Of a DNA stretch of 64,000 nt, positions 36,730 through 47,077 are shown one piece after another. Numbering within the stretch: the stretch's first letter is position 1; each line of letters opens with the position of its first letter. The notes below the pieces were generated by a model that was given only the letters and a program-made list of their open reading frames with translations, was not told the origin of the DNA and searched no databases. The stretch covers positions 16,286 through 80,285 of the forward strand of contig CAZBLK010000004.1 of NCBI GenBank assembly GCA_964492715.1, in the 5' to 3' direction. Source of the stretch: an uncultured Defluviitaleaceae bacterium. Lineage in GTDB: Bacteria > Bacillota > Clostridia > Lachnospirales > WRBF01. Made by a program: the position numbers and the translations under genes.

Positions 36730-37158
36730 ATGACGAAAGAAGCCAAGCAGTCAGAATATGGCACATTTTTAGAATATTACGTTACAGTAATTCGTCCGCA
36801 GCTAATGGAAATTGACCTTCTTATAAAAACGTCATGCAAAAGGCTGCCAGTTTCCGAGGCGGCAAACGCTCTTTGCCTTACAAATGACGAAGTTAAACAA
36901 ATTATGCAAAACCAGCATATAAAAGCAATAAACCGCCGAAACTTCTTTAAAATAATGGAACAAGGCAGCAGCAACATATGTAAGCTTTTTAAGCGTGAAG
37001 TAGAGAGTGGCTCTCCGCACATTTATTCAAGGGAAAATATTTCATACATATATGGGCTTGAACTTTCAGAAGTAAACAAAGTTTGCGACAAGCTTAAAAT
37101 AAAAGAAATTACACCCTTCACGCTTCCCGACGTTTTTTCAGAAATTCATGTGCATTAA
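36730..37158 (+). CDS. Hypothetical protein with possible helix-turn-helix
   Basis: ATG 36730 behind AGAGGAG. The LPVSEAANALCLTNDEVKQIM segment resembles an excisionase/MerR-type HTH. Confidence 0.45.
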   Translation: MTKEAKQSEYGTFLEYYVTVIRPQLMEIDLLIKTSCKRLPVSEAANALCLTNDEVKQIMQNQHIKAINRRNFFKIMEQGSSNICKLFKREVESGSPHIYSRENISYIYGLELSEVNKVCDKLKIKEITPFTLPDVFSEIHVH

Positions 37159-37564
37159 AAATATTAAAAACACAAATGGGGCGGTAGCAAAAAACTTTTA
37201 TTGTCTTTTGCTATGCCCCTTTGCATTACATTACTTTAGCAATTCTGTTTTTAATCGACATTTTTTAAGCTTCCAAACGGCTGACGTTTGGCTTACTTAT
37301 TCCAATGTAGTTAAAAGGAGACTGCTATAAACGCTTGTTTTTTAACCTCGTATCGATTTTTTAGTTCTTTAGTGCTTGTAAGTAAATTCAAACACTAAGT
37401 CGTCTAAGTACCGCTTGAATATTTTCGATACAAAATTATATTTCCCTTTTTTTAAAAAATAATTCTAAAATAGCAATAATCAAATTTAAAATTTTTAGTT
37501 TTTAAAATAGTATCCTCGCCCAAACTTTGCTAAGTAAGAACGAGGACACAATAAGCCTCTCGAA

Positions 37565-38122
37565 TTAAGCTCTGCCCAAATATTCGCCATTTCTTGTATC
37601 AATTTTAATAACATCGTCTACGTTTACAAATAGAGGTACGTTTACGTTTGCACCTGTTTCAACGGTAGCAGGCTTTGTTGCGCCTTGTGCTGTGTCGCCC
37701 TTAAAGCCTGGCTCAGTTTCAATAACTTTAAGCTCTACAAACGTAGGCGGCTCTATGCCAAAAACTTTGCCGTTGTGCGAAAGCACTTTAACCATTTCAT
37801 TTTCCTTAACAAACTTCAAAGTGTCGCCAATGTCCGACGCATTTACTGCGCTTTGCTCATACGTTTCTGTGTCCATAAAGTGGTAAAGCTCGCCGTCGTT
37901 GTACAAATATTGCATGTCTACACGGTCAATATGTGCCTTTGGCATTTTTTCTGATGGTCTGAATGTACGTTCTACAATGCTTCCTGTAACAAGGTTTTTA
38001 ATTTTTGTTCTTACAAAGGCTGCACCTTTGCCTGGCTTAACGTGCTGGAACTCTTGAATAACAAAAATACCGCCATCAAACTCTATAGTTATGCCGTTTC
38101 TAAATTCGCCTGCTGAAATCAT
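37565..38122 (-). CDS. efp: Elongation factor P
   Basis: 185 aa with [17 protein letters not shown] and [16 protein letters not shown] (the conserved modified-Lys loop). Confidence 0.96.
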   Translation of the reverse strand: MISAGEFRNGITIEFDGGIFVIQEFQHVKPGKGAAFVRTKIKNLVTGSIVERTFRPSEKMPKAHIDRVDMQYLYNDGELYHFMDTETYEQSAVNASDIGDTLKFVKENEMVKVLSHNGKVFGIEPPTFVELKVIETEPGFKGDTAQGATKPATVETGANVNVPLFVNVDDVIKIDTRNGEYLGRA

Positions 38123-38226
38123 AACAGCTGTTCCTCCTTGGAGATTCTAATTTGCTTGCAAAGGGATTATAAACTAAAACTAGTCATTTTTCAATAGTAA
38201 AAACGAAATTTATAGGTTGTTTAACC

Positions 38227-39552
38227 CTAACTATGTTTATTATCGTTCAATTGACTATTTTCATGCCCAAAAAAAACTTCATCGCCCCAAACTGTATACC
38301 TGTTTCGCCCGCCTCTTTTTGACATATAAAGTGCCTTGTCAGCGTTTTCTATATATTTACTAATTGCATAGTCTTCGTTTGTATCTGGAATTACTGTAAA
38401 AACGCCTTGCGAAACTGTAACCGTGTCTTTTACTTTGCTCCCCTTATGCTCAATGTTAAGTTCCGAAACATTTTCTGCAATGTTTTTTGCAATACGTACA
38501 GCGCCGTATGTATCTGTATTTTTTAAAAGAATAAGAATTTCTTCGCCGCCGTAACGTATTACAATATCAAAAGCCCTTTTGCACGCCGAACGTATAGCGC
38601 TGGCAATGTCAGAAATGCACTTATCACCTTTTTGATGCCCATAAGTGTCGTTGTACGACTTAAAGAAGTCGATATCAAGCAAAATTATAGAAAGTGGCTG
38701 CCTGTTTCTTCGTGCTTCTTTAACTAGCAATGGGTAAATATGGTCATAGTATGTTCGGTTGTACATTCCTGTAAGTGCATCAGTAAATGAAACTGTCTTT
38801 AAAAGCCTGGAATATTTAATTCCATTAATTGTAAACAAAATAATAAATAAAGCCGTAGGTAAAATAAAAGTAAAAAGCAAAGCAATTGTAGTTTGCCTTC
38901 TATACCCCAAAATTTTTGAAAATTTTATGTCAACGCCAATAATGCCTGCATAACTTCCTTCTACCGTATAAATTGGCGCAAAGCCCGAAACGTGTTCTCC
39001 CATATAGTCGTTCACAAATTGATATGTAGCTTTTTTTTCGTTGAATATGTTTTCTATAAATTCATAGGCATACTCATACCTGTTTTTGTCCTCGAAATAA
39101 CTTGGGTCGGTTTCAAATGGGTGCCAGCCTAAATAAATGTCAAGTAAATAAACTGTGTTTAACGGCGTTCCAACTGGAAGGTCGTATTTTTCCTTGTCTT
39201 CATCTGCAACAAAATATTTATATTCATCTGGCTGTAAAACTTTGTACATGTAAATGTTGCTTACTTCGTCGTTACCCATGCTTACATCTTTAAACAAGCT
39301 TTGAAGGTTTTTGTTTGTTTCGTTTTCGTTTAGCTCTGAAAACTTAATACTTTCAAGCTCTAAAACTTCTGCATCAGTTAGCTTTAACGCATTTGAAGTA
39401 AGAGCAGCAAAGTCTACAGCCTTTTGCCCTAGCACTTTAAAATATCTGTCCTGCAAAAATTTAATGCCAACAACAAAAAAAATTGTTGCAAAAGACAGGT
39501 ATATAACAGCTAAAACAATTGCTATTGTAATATGCGCATTCTTTTTTTTCAT
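38227..39552 (-). CDS. Diguanylate cyclase with extracytoplasmic sensor domain between two TM helices
   Basis: N-terminal TM, an external domain of about 190 aa and a second TM. The GGDEF domain has GGEEI with an RxxD I-site (RAFD) five residues upstream. Confidence 0.85.
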   Translation of the reverse strand: MKKKNAHITIAIVLAVIYLSFATIFFVVGIKFLQDRYFKVLGQKAVDFAALTSNALKLTDAEVLELESIKFSELNENETNKNLQSLFKDVSMGNDEVSNIYMYKVLQPDEYKYFVADEDKEKYDLPVGTPLNTVYLLDIYLGWHPFETDPSYFEDKNRYEYAYEFIENIFNEKKATYQFVNDYMGEHVSGFAPIYTVEGSYAGIIGVDIKFSKILGYRRQTTIALLFTFILPTALFIILFTINGIKYSRLLKTVSFTDALTGMYNRTYYDHIYPLLVKEARRNRQPLSIILLDIDFFKSYNDTYGHQKGDKCISDIASAIRSACKRAFDIVIRYGGEEILILLKNTDTYGAVRIAKNIAENVSELNIEHKGSKVKDTVTVSQGVFTVIPDTNEDYAISKYIENADKALYMSKRGGRNRYTVWGDEVFFGHENSQLNDNKHS

Positions 39553-39664
39553 ATACTACCTCTAACCTGCTTTTATCTTTATGCTTAATAACCTTCCATA
39601 TCAATTCAATTAAAACTCTTTACAAAATGCTTTGCTTCTATTTTTATTTTCTTTGTTTTTTCTT

Positions 39665-39829
39665 TAGGGTGTATCCGATAATTATAAGTTTTGCACAAAT
39701 CGAGCAGTTTTTTTGTCTGACGAGGCAGAATTTCGCAGGCATAACTAGAAGTTAGACAAGAAATTCTAACGAAGTCAGGCGGAAAAACTGCCGATTTTGT
39801 GCAAATTTTATTTGTCGGATAGACCCTAG
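39665..39829. repeat. MITE-like long imperfect palindromic element, copy E
   Basis: About 165 bp with ~70-bp arms about 80 percent complementary. The left arm is tagggtgtatccgataa...ttgcacaaatcgagcagttttttt. The right arm is aaaaactgccgattttgtgcaa...gtcggatagaccctag. Confidence 0.75.
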
Positions 39830-39843
39830 TTACTCTAATTACA

Positions 39844-40281
39844 TTATTTTTGTAGCTGAATTAATGCTTGAACTGCCAAAACATAAGAATACCAAGAAAA
39901 ACCAGATATCTGTCCGACACAAACCGGCGCAACTACAGATTTGTGCCTAAACTCTTCCCTTGCGTAAACGTTTGACAAATGCACCTCTGCAACAGGGGTG
40001 GAAACAGAAGCAACTGCATCACGAATTGCATAGCTGTAGTGAGTGAAAGCCCCTGCATTTAGAACTATGCCAAAAAAACCCTCGTTGTGCGCCTTTTGTA
40101 TTTCATCAATAATTTTGCCTTCGCAGTTCGACTGGAAAAAGCCTAATAAAACACCCATGTCTTGACACGCTTCAATTATTAAGGTGTTAACTTCTTCTAG
40201 CGTAAAACTGCCGTAAACTTCGGGTTGCCTTACACCTAAAAAATTTAGGTTTGGGCCGTTAATTATTTTTATACGCTTCAT
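39844..40281 (-). CDS. aroQ: Type II 3-dehydroquinate dehydratase
   Basis: 145 aa with INGPNLNFLG, NAGAFTHYS and the HLSNV motif. Confidence 0.93.
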   Translation of the reverse strand: MKRIKIINGPNLNFLGVRQPEVYGSFTLEEVNTLIIEACQDMGVLLGFFQSNCEGKIIDEIQKAHNEGFFGIVLNAGAFTHYSYAIRDAVASVSTPVAEVHLSNVYAREEFRHKSVVAPVCVGQISGFSWYSYVLAVQALIQLQK

Positions 40282-40792
40282 AATTCCTCAACCTTTTAAT
40301 AATTTCAAAAACTACTTCGCTAACTTCCATATTAGAAACATCTATTTGTATGTCGCTGTTAATTAAATATAAAGGCTCTCGCTCGGCAAGAAGGTTTTTT
40401 ATTGTTCCGTAAACATCATCTACCATAAGAAGCGGTCTATCAGTTTTTCCTTGACAATTTCTATGTATTTTGTCAACATTAGCTTTTAAGTAAATTACAA
40501 CACTGCCTTGTTTTAAAATTTTAAATTGTTCACTGTGCTTTACAGCACCGCCCCCACATGATACAACAACATTTTCTAGCGTGCTTACATGAAGCAATGC
40601 TTCTTTTTCAAGTTTTCTAAAATAATGTTCCCCATATTTTTCAAATATACAGGGAACATCTAGTTTTGCTTTATTTTGAATTAATTGGTCGGTGTCAACA
40701 AACGTCACGTTTAAAGCTTTAGAAAGCTCGAAGCCACAAGTTGTTTTGCCGCAGCACATAAAGCCGATAAGTACAATTTTTTTACTTTTCAT
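40259..40792 (-). CDS. aroK: Shikimate kinase
   Basis: 177 aa with Walker A GFMCCGKTT, and in shikimate-pathway context. Confidence 0.85.
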   Translation of the reverse strand: MKSKKIVLIGFMCCGKTTCGFELSKALNVTFVDTDQLIQNKAKLDVPCIFEKYGEHYFRKLEKEALLHVSTLENVVVSCGGGAVKHSEQFKILKQGSVVIYLKANVDKIHRNCQGKTDRPLLMVDDVYGTIKNLLAEREPLYLINSDIQIDVSNMEVSEVVFEIIKRLRNYEAYKNN

Positions 40793-40812
40793 TTTAATCT
40801 TCTTTAATCTTT

Positions 40813-41085
40813 TTAATCTTCGTGGCGAGGGTTTTTGCTAACCATAGAAGACGCCTTAGTAATTGATGCAATTATATCAACCTCAAATTGGTTTTGCAAT
40901 GAAGAAAGCTTTGTGTAAAACTGCCCTTTTCTAGTTACAACATACTTTGGAGGTAAATTATTTAAAACAATTGCCTTTACATCTAAAATGCACGACTCAC
41001 AAGTGCAACTGTTTATGCGCTTTAACACTGGAATAATTAGGTCATCTACACAGTCTTCCATATAATTTTTAAGAATAGCAGGCAT
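40813..41085 (-). CDS. comFB: ComFB-family protein
   Basis: 90 aa. NYMEDCVDDLI...CTCESCILDVKAIVLNNLPPKYV matches the ComFB domain pattern. Confidence 0.7.
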   Translation of the reverse strand: MPAILKNYMEDCVDDLIIPVLKRINSCTCESCILDVKAIVLNNLPPKYVVTRKGQFYTKLSSLQNQFEVDIIASITKASSMVSKNPRHED

Positions 41086-41153
41086 ATATAGTCCTCCTTA
41101 ATTTGATTAACTTAAACCGTTTTCTGCTTTAATGGCAACAGAAACAGATTTAT

Positions 41154-42071
41154 TTATTTAACCGAGAATAAAGCCAACTCAGCTTTAACCTCGTTTGAAA
41201 TCCTTTTCGCAAAATACATTGACAAATTAACATTGTGCCATACTTCATAAGCTTTAATAGCCTGAAATATTAAAATATCAAAGCCATTAATTGCTTGACG
41301 TTTACACATTTTAGCCTGCTTTAAAAAAAATGTTTCCCACGGGGTATATATAAAGTCAATTGCAGTATTTACATTTTCAAAAAAAGCCTTGTCTTTTACA
41401 GGTGAACGCCCTTCGTTTGCAGAAAAGCCAAGAGATGTAGTTTGAATAGCAAGTTCAAACTGTGCACCTTCTACATCTTTTTCATCTACACACACCATGG
41501 CATTTATATTATAATACGTTCTTATATGGTTAGCAAGTAATTTTGCATTTTCAATTGTACGATTTATTATTACAATTTGTGAAGCCTTTTGTTCGGCGGC
41601 GTAAACCGAAGCGGCATAAGCACTTCCACCTGCCCCAAATATTACAACTGGCTTTCCAGTTATAGAAACAGAAGCTGCCTCCAAAGTCATTGCAAGCCCC
41701 AAAATGTCAGTGTTGTACCCTACGTAGCCATGCTTTTCACGTTTTAGCGTGTTAACTGCACCAACACGCTTTGCCGCTTCGTCTATGTCACTAAGAAATG
41801 GCATAACACTTTGCTTATGAGGAATTGTTACGTTTAACCCCATAATTCCAAGGGAAAATGCGCCTTCTATAGCCGACTTTAAGCTGCTGTTTTCAACTTG
41901 GAACGGCAAGTAAGCAATATTTTTAGAAAGTGCTTCCGCTATTTTTTTATGTATAAGCGGCGAAAGTGTGTGCTTTATGGGGCTTCCAATTACACCGTAA
42001 ACTAAAGTTTCACCGTTAATTTCGCTCAAACTATCACCTAACTTCCTATTTTGCACCAAATGTTTTAACAC
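41154..42071 (-). CDS. aroE: Shikimate dehydrogenase
   Basis: GVIGSPIKHTLSP, NVTIPHK and GAGGSA motifs. The real start may be an internal TTG, which would remove the 26-nt overlap with the upstream gene. Confidence 0.9.
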   Translation of the reverse strand: MLKHLVQNRKLGDSLSEINGETLVYGVIGSPIKHTLSPLIHKKIAEALSKNIAYLPFQVENSSLKSAIEGAFSLGIMGLNVTIPHKQSVMPFLSDIDEAAKRVGAVNTLKREKHGYVGYNTDILGLAMTLEAASVSITGKPVVIFGAGGSAYAASVYAAEQKASQIVIINRTIENAKLLANHIRTYYNINAMVCVDEKDVEGAQFELAIQTTSLGFSANEGRSPVKDKAFFENVNTAIDFIYTPWETFFLKQAKMCKRQAINGFDILIFQAIKAYEVWHNVNLSMYFAKRISNEVKAELALFSVK

Positions 42072-42570
42072 CTTTGCTTTTTCGTAAGTAGCTGTTTACA
42101 ACTACACGTTCCACCCCTCGTTTAAGCCTAACTGTAAACTCGTCACGCTCGGAAACTGGCTTAACCAAAATTGTGTAAATTCCAAACCTGTTTCCGCACC
42201 AAACGTCAGTAAAAACTTGGTCGCCTATTAAAGCTGTGTTTTCAAAGTTTCCACCCAAAAGACATAACGCTTTTTTAAGCCCTGCCGCCCAAGGTTTTTT
42301 TGCGCTGTAAACGTATGGCACGCCTATGCCTATGTTAAACCCCTCTACCCTTGCTTTGTTGTTGTTTGACAAAAGGCAGACAGAAAAGCCAAGCTCTTTA
42401 AGCTGTGAAAAAAGTTTGATTATACGCTCTGTAGGCTCTTTTACATCATGCGGAACAAGAGTGTTGTCTATGTCGAATATCAAATTACGGAAACCTTTTT
42501 TGTAAAGCATGTTGTAGTCTATTTTAAAAATTGAATCCAAGTAAAGTTTTGGGTAAAACCGTTTAAGCAT
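42046..42570 (-). CDS. yqeG: YqeG-family HAD-IIIA phosphatase
   Basis: The DIDNTLV motif and its position upstream of aroE match Bacillus yqeG. ATG 42570 behind AAGGAGAG avoids overlap with addA. Confidence 0.8.
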   Translation of the reverse strand: MLKRFYPKLYLDSIFKIDYNMLYKKGFRNLIFDIDNTLVPHDVKEPTERIIKLFSQLKELGFSVCLLSNNNKARVEGFNIGIGVPYVYSAKKPWAAGLKKALCLLGGNFENTALIGDQVFTDVWCGNRFGIYTILVKPVSERDEFTVRLKRGVERVVVNSYLRKSKGVKTFGAK

Positions 42571-42625
42571 TTGTAAACTCTCCTTACGGAATAATTGTGC
42601 CAGTTGATAAAGTATAAGACATTTT

Positions 42626-45600
42626 CTATTGAATAATAACAAAATCGTCTATTCCAAACAAATATAGAACACATTCTTTAACTTTTTTTCCTGTGCTTTG
42701 CTCTACACTTTTTTTGTAAAGCATTAGCTGAATTTTGTATCTGTCTACTATATCTTGTACGTTTTTAACATAGTCGGACTTGTAGTCAACAATTACAACC
42801 TCGTCACCCTCAAAAAAGAAACAGTCGATAATTCCATGAACAAGCACAGTTGCCTTGCTGTCCTTTAAACTTTCATCAAAGTAAATTTCATACGGGCTTA
42901 CACCCATAACAAACGGCACTTCGGTTTTAATTTGGCTTGAAGCCCTCATTCTTTGTGCAAGTGCTGAAGCTGTAAAACTGTAAATTTTTTCTATGGGAAT
43001 TGCACTTGCTTCCTTTTCGTTTAAAATTAATTTACCAACAAGGCTTTTTATTAAGCTTTCAATTGCTTCAGCCGTTGTATGCAAAGAAATGTCTAAATGC
43101 TCCATAACAGTGTGAATTGCTGTACCAAGCTGTGCGCCTGTAATGCCCTTTTCTTCTGACAAAAACGATGGCTTTTCCGTAAGCTTTTTTGTATAAAAGC
43201 TGTATTCTTCACCTGTTGCTTGAAGCTGTCTTTGGTAGTTTCTTTTAATTTCAGAAATTGAAACTTTCGCCATTACGCCAGTCTCTTTTTTAAAAGGATA
43301 CTCCCATAAAAGCTTTTCGTCAAGAACTTTATACTTCTCATTGTTTTCTATCTTCAGATTTTGTACTGACAAACTTGTTTCAACAGAAAATTTTGCTTCA
43401 TTATAATTTTCATCGTTAGCTTCATTTTCACTTTCCAAAGCCTCTGACAAAACTTCTTCGGCTGTTTTTAAAAAAAGCTTAAACAAACCGCTATCTTCGT
43501 TTTGTAAATTATTGTGCCTTAAAATAGCATACATTATCCAGTCCAAAAAAGAAGAAGCGTTTAACATAAAATGAATTGGTAGCTTGCAATTATTCCCTTT
43601 TACAAAAAGCCCTGCGTTCCACTTATCCATACTTTTTTCAATGTCAGAAACTGTTCCTGTAAGAATTAGCTTTTCTCTTGCACGAGTAAGCGCAACGTAA
43701 AGGTTTCGCAATTCTTCGCTCATGTTTTCTGTATATATTTTTCGTGAAATTGCCGACCGAATAATTGTCCCTGTTTTTGTTCTGTTTTCAAGGTCAACAT
43801 AGTAAGGGCCAAGCCCCATTTCTTGGTGAAGAATTAATGGACGCTTTTCGTCTTCTCTATTAAACTGCTTGCCAAGCATACTTACAAAAACAATTGGAAA
43901 CTCAAGCCCTTTGCTTTTGTGAATTGTCATTATACGTACAACATCATCATTTTCAGAAAGAAGCTTTGCTTCCTGCGTTGACACACCTGCCTTTTGAAGT
44001 TTCTCCATATATTTAATAAAGTGGAACAAGCCCTTATATGTTGTTTCTTCAAACTTGACGGCTTTGTCTTTTAAAACTGCAATGTTTGCTTGCCGCACCT
44101 TGCCAATTGGCATTACACCAACATAGTTGTAGTAACCTGTGTCGTCAAGAACTGTGTCCATAAGCTGGCTTGTAGACACGTATGTTGAAAGCCGTCGCCA
44201 TTTTTCCAGGTCTGTTAAAAATGTATTAAGCTTTTGGGAAAGCTCTGTTTCCACAGCTTCGTTTGCCGATAAGTAGCTTTTTACGCAATTATAAAAAAAG
44301 CCCTCTTTCTGAACGCTTCGCACCTGCACAAGCTCGTCACTTGTAACGCCGTAAACAGGCGAATATAAAACAGCAATCAAATGAATGTCTTGCAAAGGGT
44401 TGTCTATAACTTGCAAAAACGAAAGCGTCGTCATAATTTCAAGTGATGAGAAAAAATCCCCAGAGCTGTTTGCAAATGTTGGTATACCTACACGCTCTAA
44501 TTCACTTGCAATTACATCAACTGTTGTAGAAGCCGAACGAACAATTATAACAATGTCGCTAAACGTAGCTGGGCGGTATTCTTTTTTGTCCTTGTCAAAA
44601 ACAAAAAGCTTGTCTTCGCCGTTTACAAGCTGGTCTATACGCCGTGCAATTGCCTTTGCTTCAAATTCTGCCTTTGTAAAATCAAAAAGTTCACTTTCGT
44701 CATCTTCGTCCTTTGACGTTCCGACAATTAAAACTTCAGCGTCCGTTGAAATGTTTGTTCCTTCTTCTTCCTGCATGAAGTTTGCACCGTAATACAAAGC
44801 TGCCCTGTCGTCATAGCAAACACCGCCCATTTCCTCGCTCATAAGCTGCATAAAAACGGCATTTACTGCATTTATAACTATTTTTCTGCTGCGGAAGTTT
44901 CCTGACAAGTCTATCTTTTGGTTTAAAGAATTTATATCGTCCGAAAACTCCCTATACTTTTGCATAAAAAGTTCTGGCTTCGCTTGCCTAAACTTGTAAA
45001 TGCTTTGCTTAATGTCACCGACCATAAAGCGGTTTGGCGGATTATCTTTTGAAATTGCTGTTAGTATAAGCTCTTGAAGTTCGTTAATGTCTTGATACTC
45101 GTCAATTAAAACTTCCACAAACTTTTCACGGAAATAAAGTGCTGCGTCCGTTGGAACAATTTTACCTTTTTCAGACGACTGGTCTGCCAAAACTTTTGCG
45201 CAAAAATGTTCTAAGTCGCCAAAGTCCAAAAGGTTGCGTTCCTTTTTTGCTTCGGCATATGCTTTTGAAAAGGCAGAAACAAGCTGCATAAGAGCCTTAA
45301 CAGTTGGGTAAAGCTTTTTCAAATCATTAACCATTTTTCCAGCCGATTTTGGAAAAAACTTTTTTTGAACATATTCTATCGGCTTTTTTATGTCGTTGTC
45401 ACGAATGTCCGTAACTTGCTTTTTTATGTCGGCATCAGCCTTTGAGCGTGCAAACGCCTGCAACGTAATCCCTTTTACAGCTTCGCCAAGTTCGTTAAAA
45501 CTTCCGTCACATTTTGCTATTACTTCTTCAAGCTTTTGCTTGTTGTCCAAAAAAGATGGAACGTATTCACTAGGCCCGTCTGCTTGCTCCGAAAGAACAA

Positions 45601-46318
45601 TTCCCCTTTCACATCCATAAACAGCACCTGTAAGCAAAACTTTAGTTTCATGCTTCACAACCTTTGCCCAAGCTGTGTTGTCAATGTCTGTTGCTTCGCT
45701 TATGTTAAAAGCTTCTGCGCTTTCTGTAAGCCAGCTTTCTTGCCACGGGTTTGCGCCTAAAAAGCTGTAAATTTCAAGCAAAAGGTCTTTTAAACCGTTA
45801 TCTCTTGTTTTGCCGCCATAAATTTCAACAAGGTTAAAAAACTCGTCGTTTCCTTCTTTGCCGTATTCGCATTCAAACAATTGCTCAAGAACTTGCGCTT
45901 TAATTAAACTTGTTTCGCCTTCATCACCAATTTTAAAGCTTGGGTCAATGTCAAGTATATGGAAGTTTTTCCGAACAACGTTAAGGCAAAATGAATGAAG
46001 CGTGCTTATTTGGGCTTTGTTTAGCAAAATAATTTGCCGCCGCAAATGCTCGTGCAAAAGCTCGTTTGCTTCTGCTTCATTTAGCATTTCGTAAAGGGCG
46101 TGAGAAATTCTTTCCCTCATTTCAGAAGCCGCCGCTGAGGTGAACGTAACGACCAAAAGCCTGTCTATATCGACAGGCTTTTCAATGTTTGTTATAAGCT
46201 CAATTATTCGTTTTACTAAAACTGCGGTTTTGCCAGAACCTGCCGCTGCCGCAACAAGCAGGTTGCAGCCCCTTGTGTAAATAGCTTGCTTTTGCTTTTG
46301 CGTGTATTCAAAAGCCAT
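42626..46318 (-). CDS. addA: ATP-dependent helicase/nuclease subunit A (AddA/RexA type)
   Basis: 1230 aa. N-terminus YTQKQKQAIYTRGCNLLVAAAAGSGKTAVLVKRI, UvrD-like helicase motifs, and a C-terminal PD-(D/E)XK nuclease motif GIIDCFF...VIVDYKSD. Confidence 0.9.
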   Translation of the reverse strand: MAFEYTQKQKQAIYTRGCNLLVAAAAGSGKTAVLVKRIIELITNIEKPVDIDRLLVVTFTSAAASEMRERISHALYEMLNEAEANELLHEHLRRQIILLNKAQISTLHSFCLNVVRKNFHILDIDPSFKIGDEGETSLIKAQVLEQLFECEYGKEGNDEFFNLVEIYGGKTRDNGLKDLLLEIYSFLGANPWQESWLTESAEAFNISEATDIDNTAWAKVVKHETKVLLTGAVYGCERGIVLSEQADGPSEYVPSFLDNKQKLEEVIAKCDGSFNELGEAVKGITLQAFARSKADADIKKQVTDIRDNDIKKPIEYVQKKFFPKSAGKMVNDLKKLYPTVKALMQLVSAFSKAYAEAKKERNLLDFGDLEHFCAKVLADQSSEKGKIVPTDAALYFREKFVEVLIDEYQDINELQELILTAISKDNPPNRFMVGDIKQSIYKFRQAKPELFMQKYREFSDDINSLNQKIDLSGNFRSRKIVINAVNAVFMQLMSEEMGGVCYDDRAALYYGANFMQEEEGTNISTDAEVLIVGTSKDEDDESELFDFTKAEFEAKAIARRIDQLVNGEDKLFVFDKDKKEYRPATFSDIVIIVRSASTTVDVIASELERVGIPTFANSSGDFFSSLEIMTTLSFLQVIDNPLQDIHLIAVLYSPVYGVTSDELVQVRSVQKEGFFYNCVKSYLSANEAVETELSQKLNTFLTDLEKWRRLSTYVSTSQLMDTVLDDTGYYNYVGVMPIGKVRQANIAVLKDKAVKFEETTYKGLFHFIKYMEKLQKAGVSTQEAKLLSENDDVVRIMTIHKSKGLEFPIVFVSMLGKQFNREDEKRPLILHQEMGLGPYYVDLENRTKTGTIIRSAISRKIYTENMSEELRNLYVALTRAREKLILTGTVSDIEKSMDKWNAGLFVKGNNCKLPIHFMLNASSFLDWIMYAILRHNNLQNEDSGLFKLFLKTAEEVLSEALESENEANDENYNEAKFSVETSLSVQNLKIENNEKYKVLDEKLLWEYPFKKETGVMAKVSISEIKRNYQRQLQATGEEYSFYTKKLTEKPSFLSEEKGITGAQLGTAIHTVMEHLDISLHTTAEAIESLIKSLVGKLILNEKEASAIPIEKIYSFTASALAQRMRASSQIKTEVPFVMGVSPYEIYFDESLKDSKATVLVHGIIDCFFFEGDEVVIVDYKSDYVKNVQDIVDRYKIQLMLYKKSVEQSTGKKVKECVLYLFGIDDFVIIQ

Positions 46319-46320
46319 AT

Positions 46321-46758
46321 CTATTTACTTTCCTCAATTGCTGGCTGTGGTGTAAGCTTTGGCTCTTTAATTGCCAAAATCTCCGACTTTCTAACAGGAA
46401 TACGAACACCCTTGTTTGTTCCAAATTCAACAACAAAGCAATCTTCGCCAACGCCTACAACTTTGCCGTAAAGTCCGCTGTTTGTAACGATGTTGTCGCC
46501 AGTTTTAATACCTTGTTGCATTTCTTTAATAGTTTTTTCACGTTTTTTCTGCGGCCTTATCCAAAGAAAATAAGCTATACCAAAAATTGCAGCATACATA
46601 ATAACTAATGTAACCATGCTAAATGGGCTGCCTGAACCTGACGCTTGTTGCGCTGATGCCTGCGCTGCTACTTGTGCAGTAGAATCAGCCGACTGCCCAC
46701 CTGTAATTACTGTGCTTCCAAGAAGTGAAACGTATTTTAAAATTCCCAAAGTATACAA
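46321..46758 (-). CDS. yajC: Preprotein translocase subunit YajC (with extended Ala/Gln/Ser-rich N-terminus)
   Basis: TM helix followed by RPQKKREK and GDNIVTNSGLYGKVVGV, the YajC core. Confidence 0.8.
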   Translation of the reverse strand: MYTLGILKYVSLLGSTVITGGQSADSTAQVAAQASAQQASGSGSPFSMVTLVIMYAAIFGIAYFLWIRPQKKREKTIKEMQQGIKTGDNIVTNSGLYGKVVGVGEDCFVVEFGTNKGVRIPVRKSEILAIKEPKLTPQPAIEESK

Positions 46759-47077
46759 CTCCTTTTAATTAAGTCTTTTAATTATAGCTATAATTTGCCA
46801 AGCCGTCAATATGGTGGTTTGAATTTTAACGACAAACGCAAGAAGTAAGATTTTAGTTAAAAAAAATAAGAGTAATAACGAAAATATCTATGTAGATATA
46901 ATTTGAAATTTATAGAATGAATTATCAAAGAAGTTTTAACTTCTAACAGCTACTACTAGCGTTCATCAAGGAAATTTTCGTTTCGTGCGTTTGCCGTGTT
47001 GAATTTTCATTCATAAATAGAAGTTATTAGACATTTATGTCTATTTACATATAGAATTGCAAATGGTACATTTTTAG

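Noticed and set aside
37148-37330. 60-aa ORF in the convergent gap before efp.
   Set aside because: It overlaps the stop of the upstream gene, covers a terminator-like hairpin (ggggcggtagcaaaa...ttttgctatgcccc), and has no RBS.
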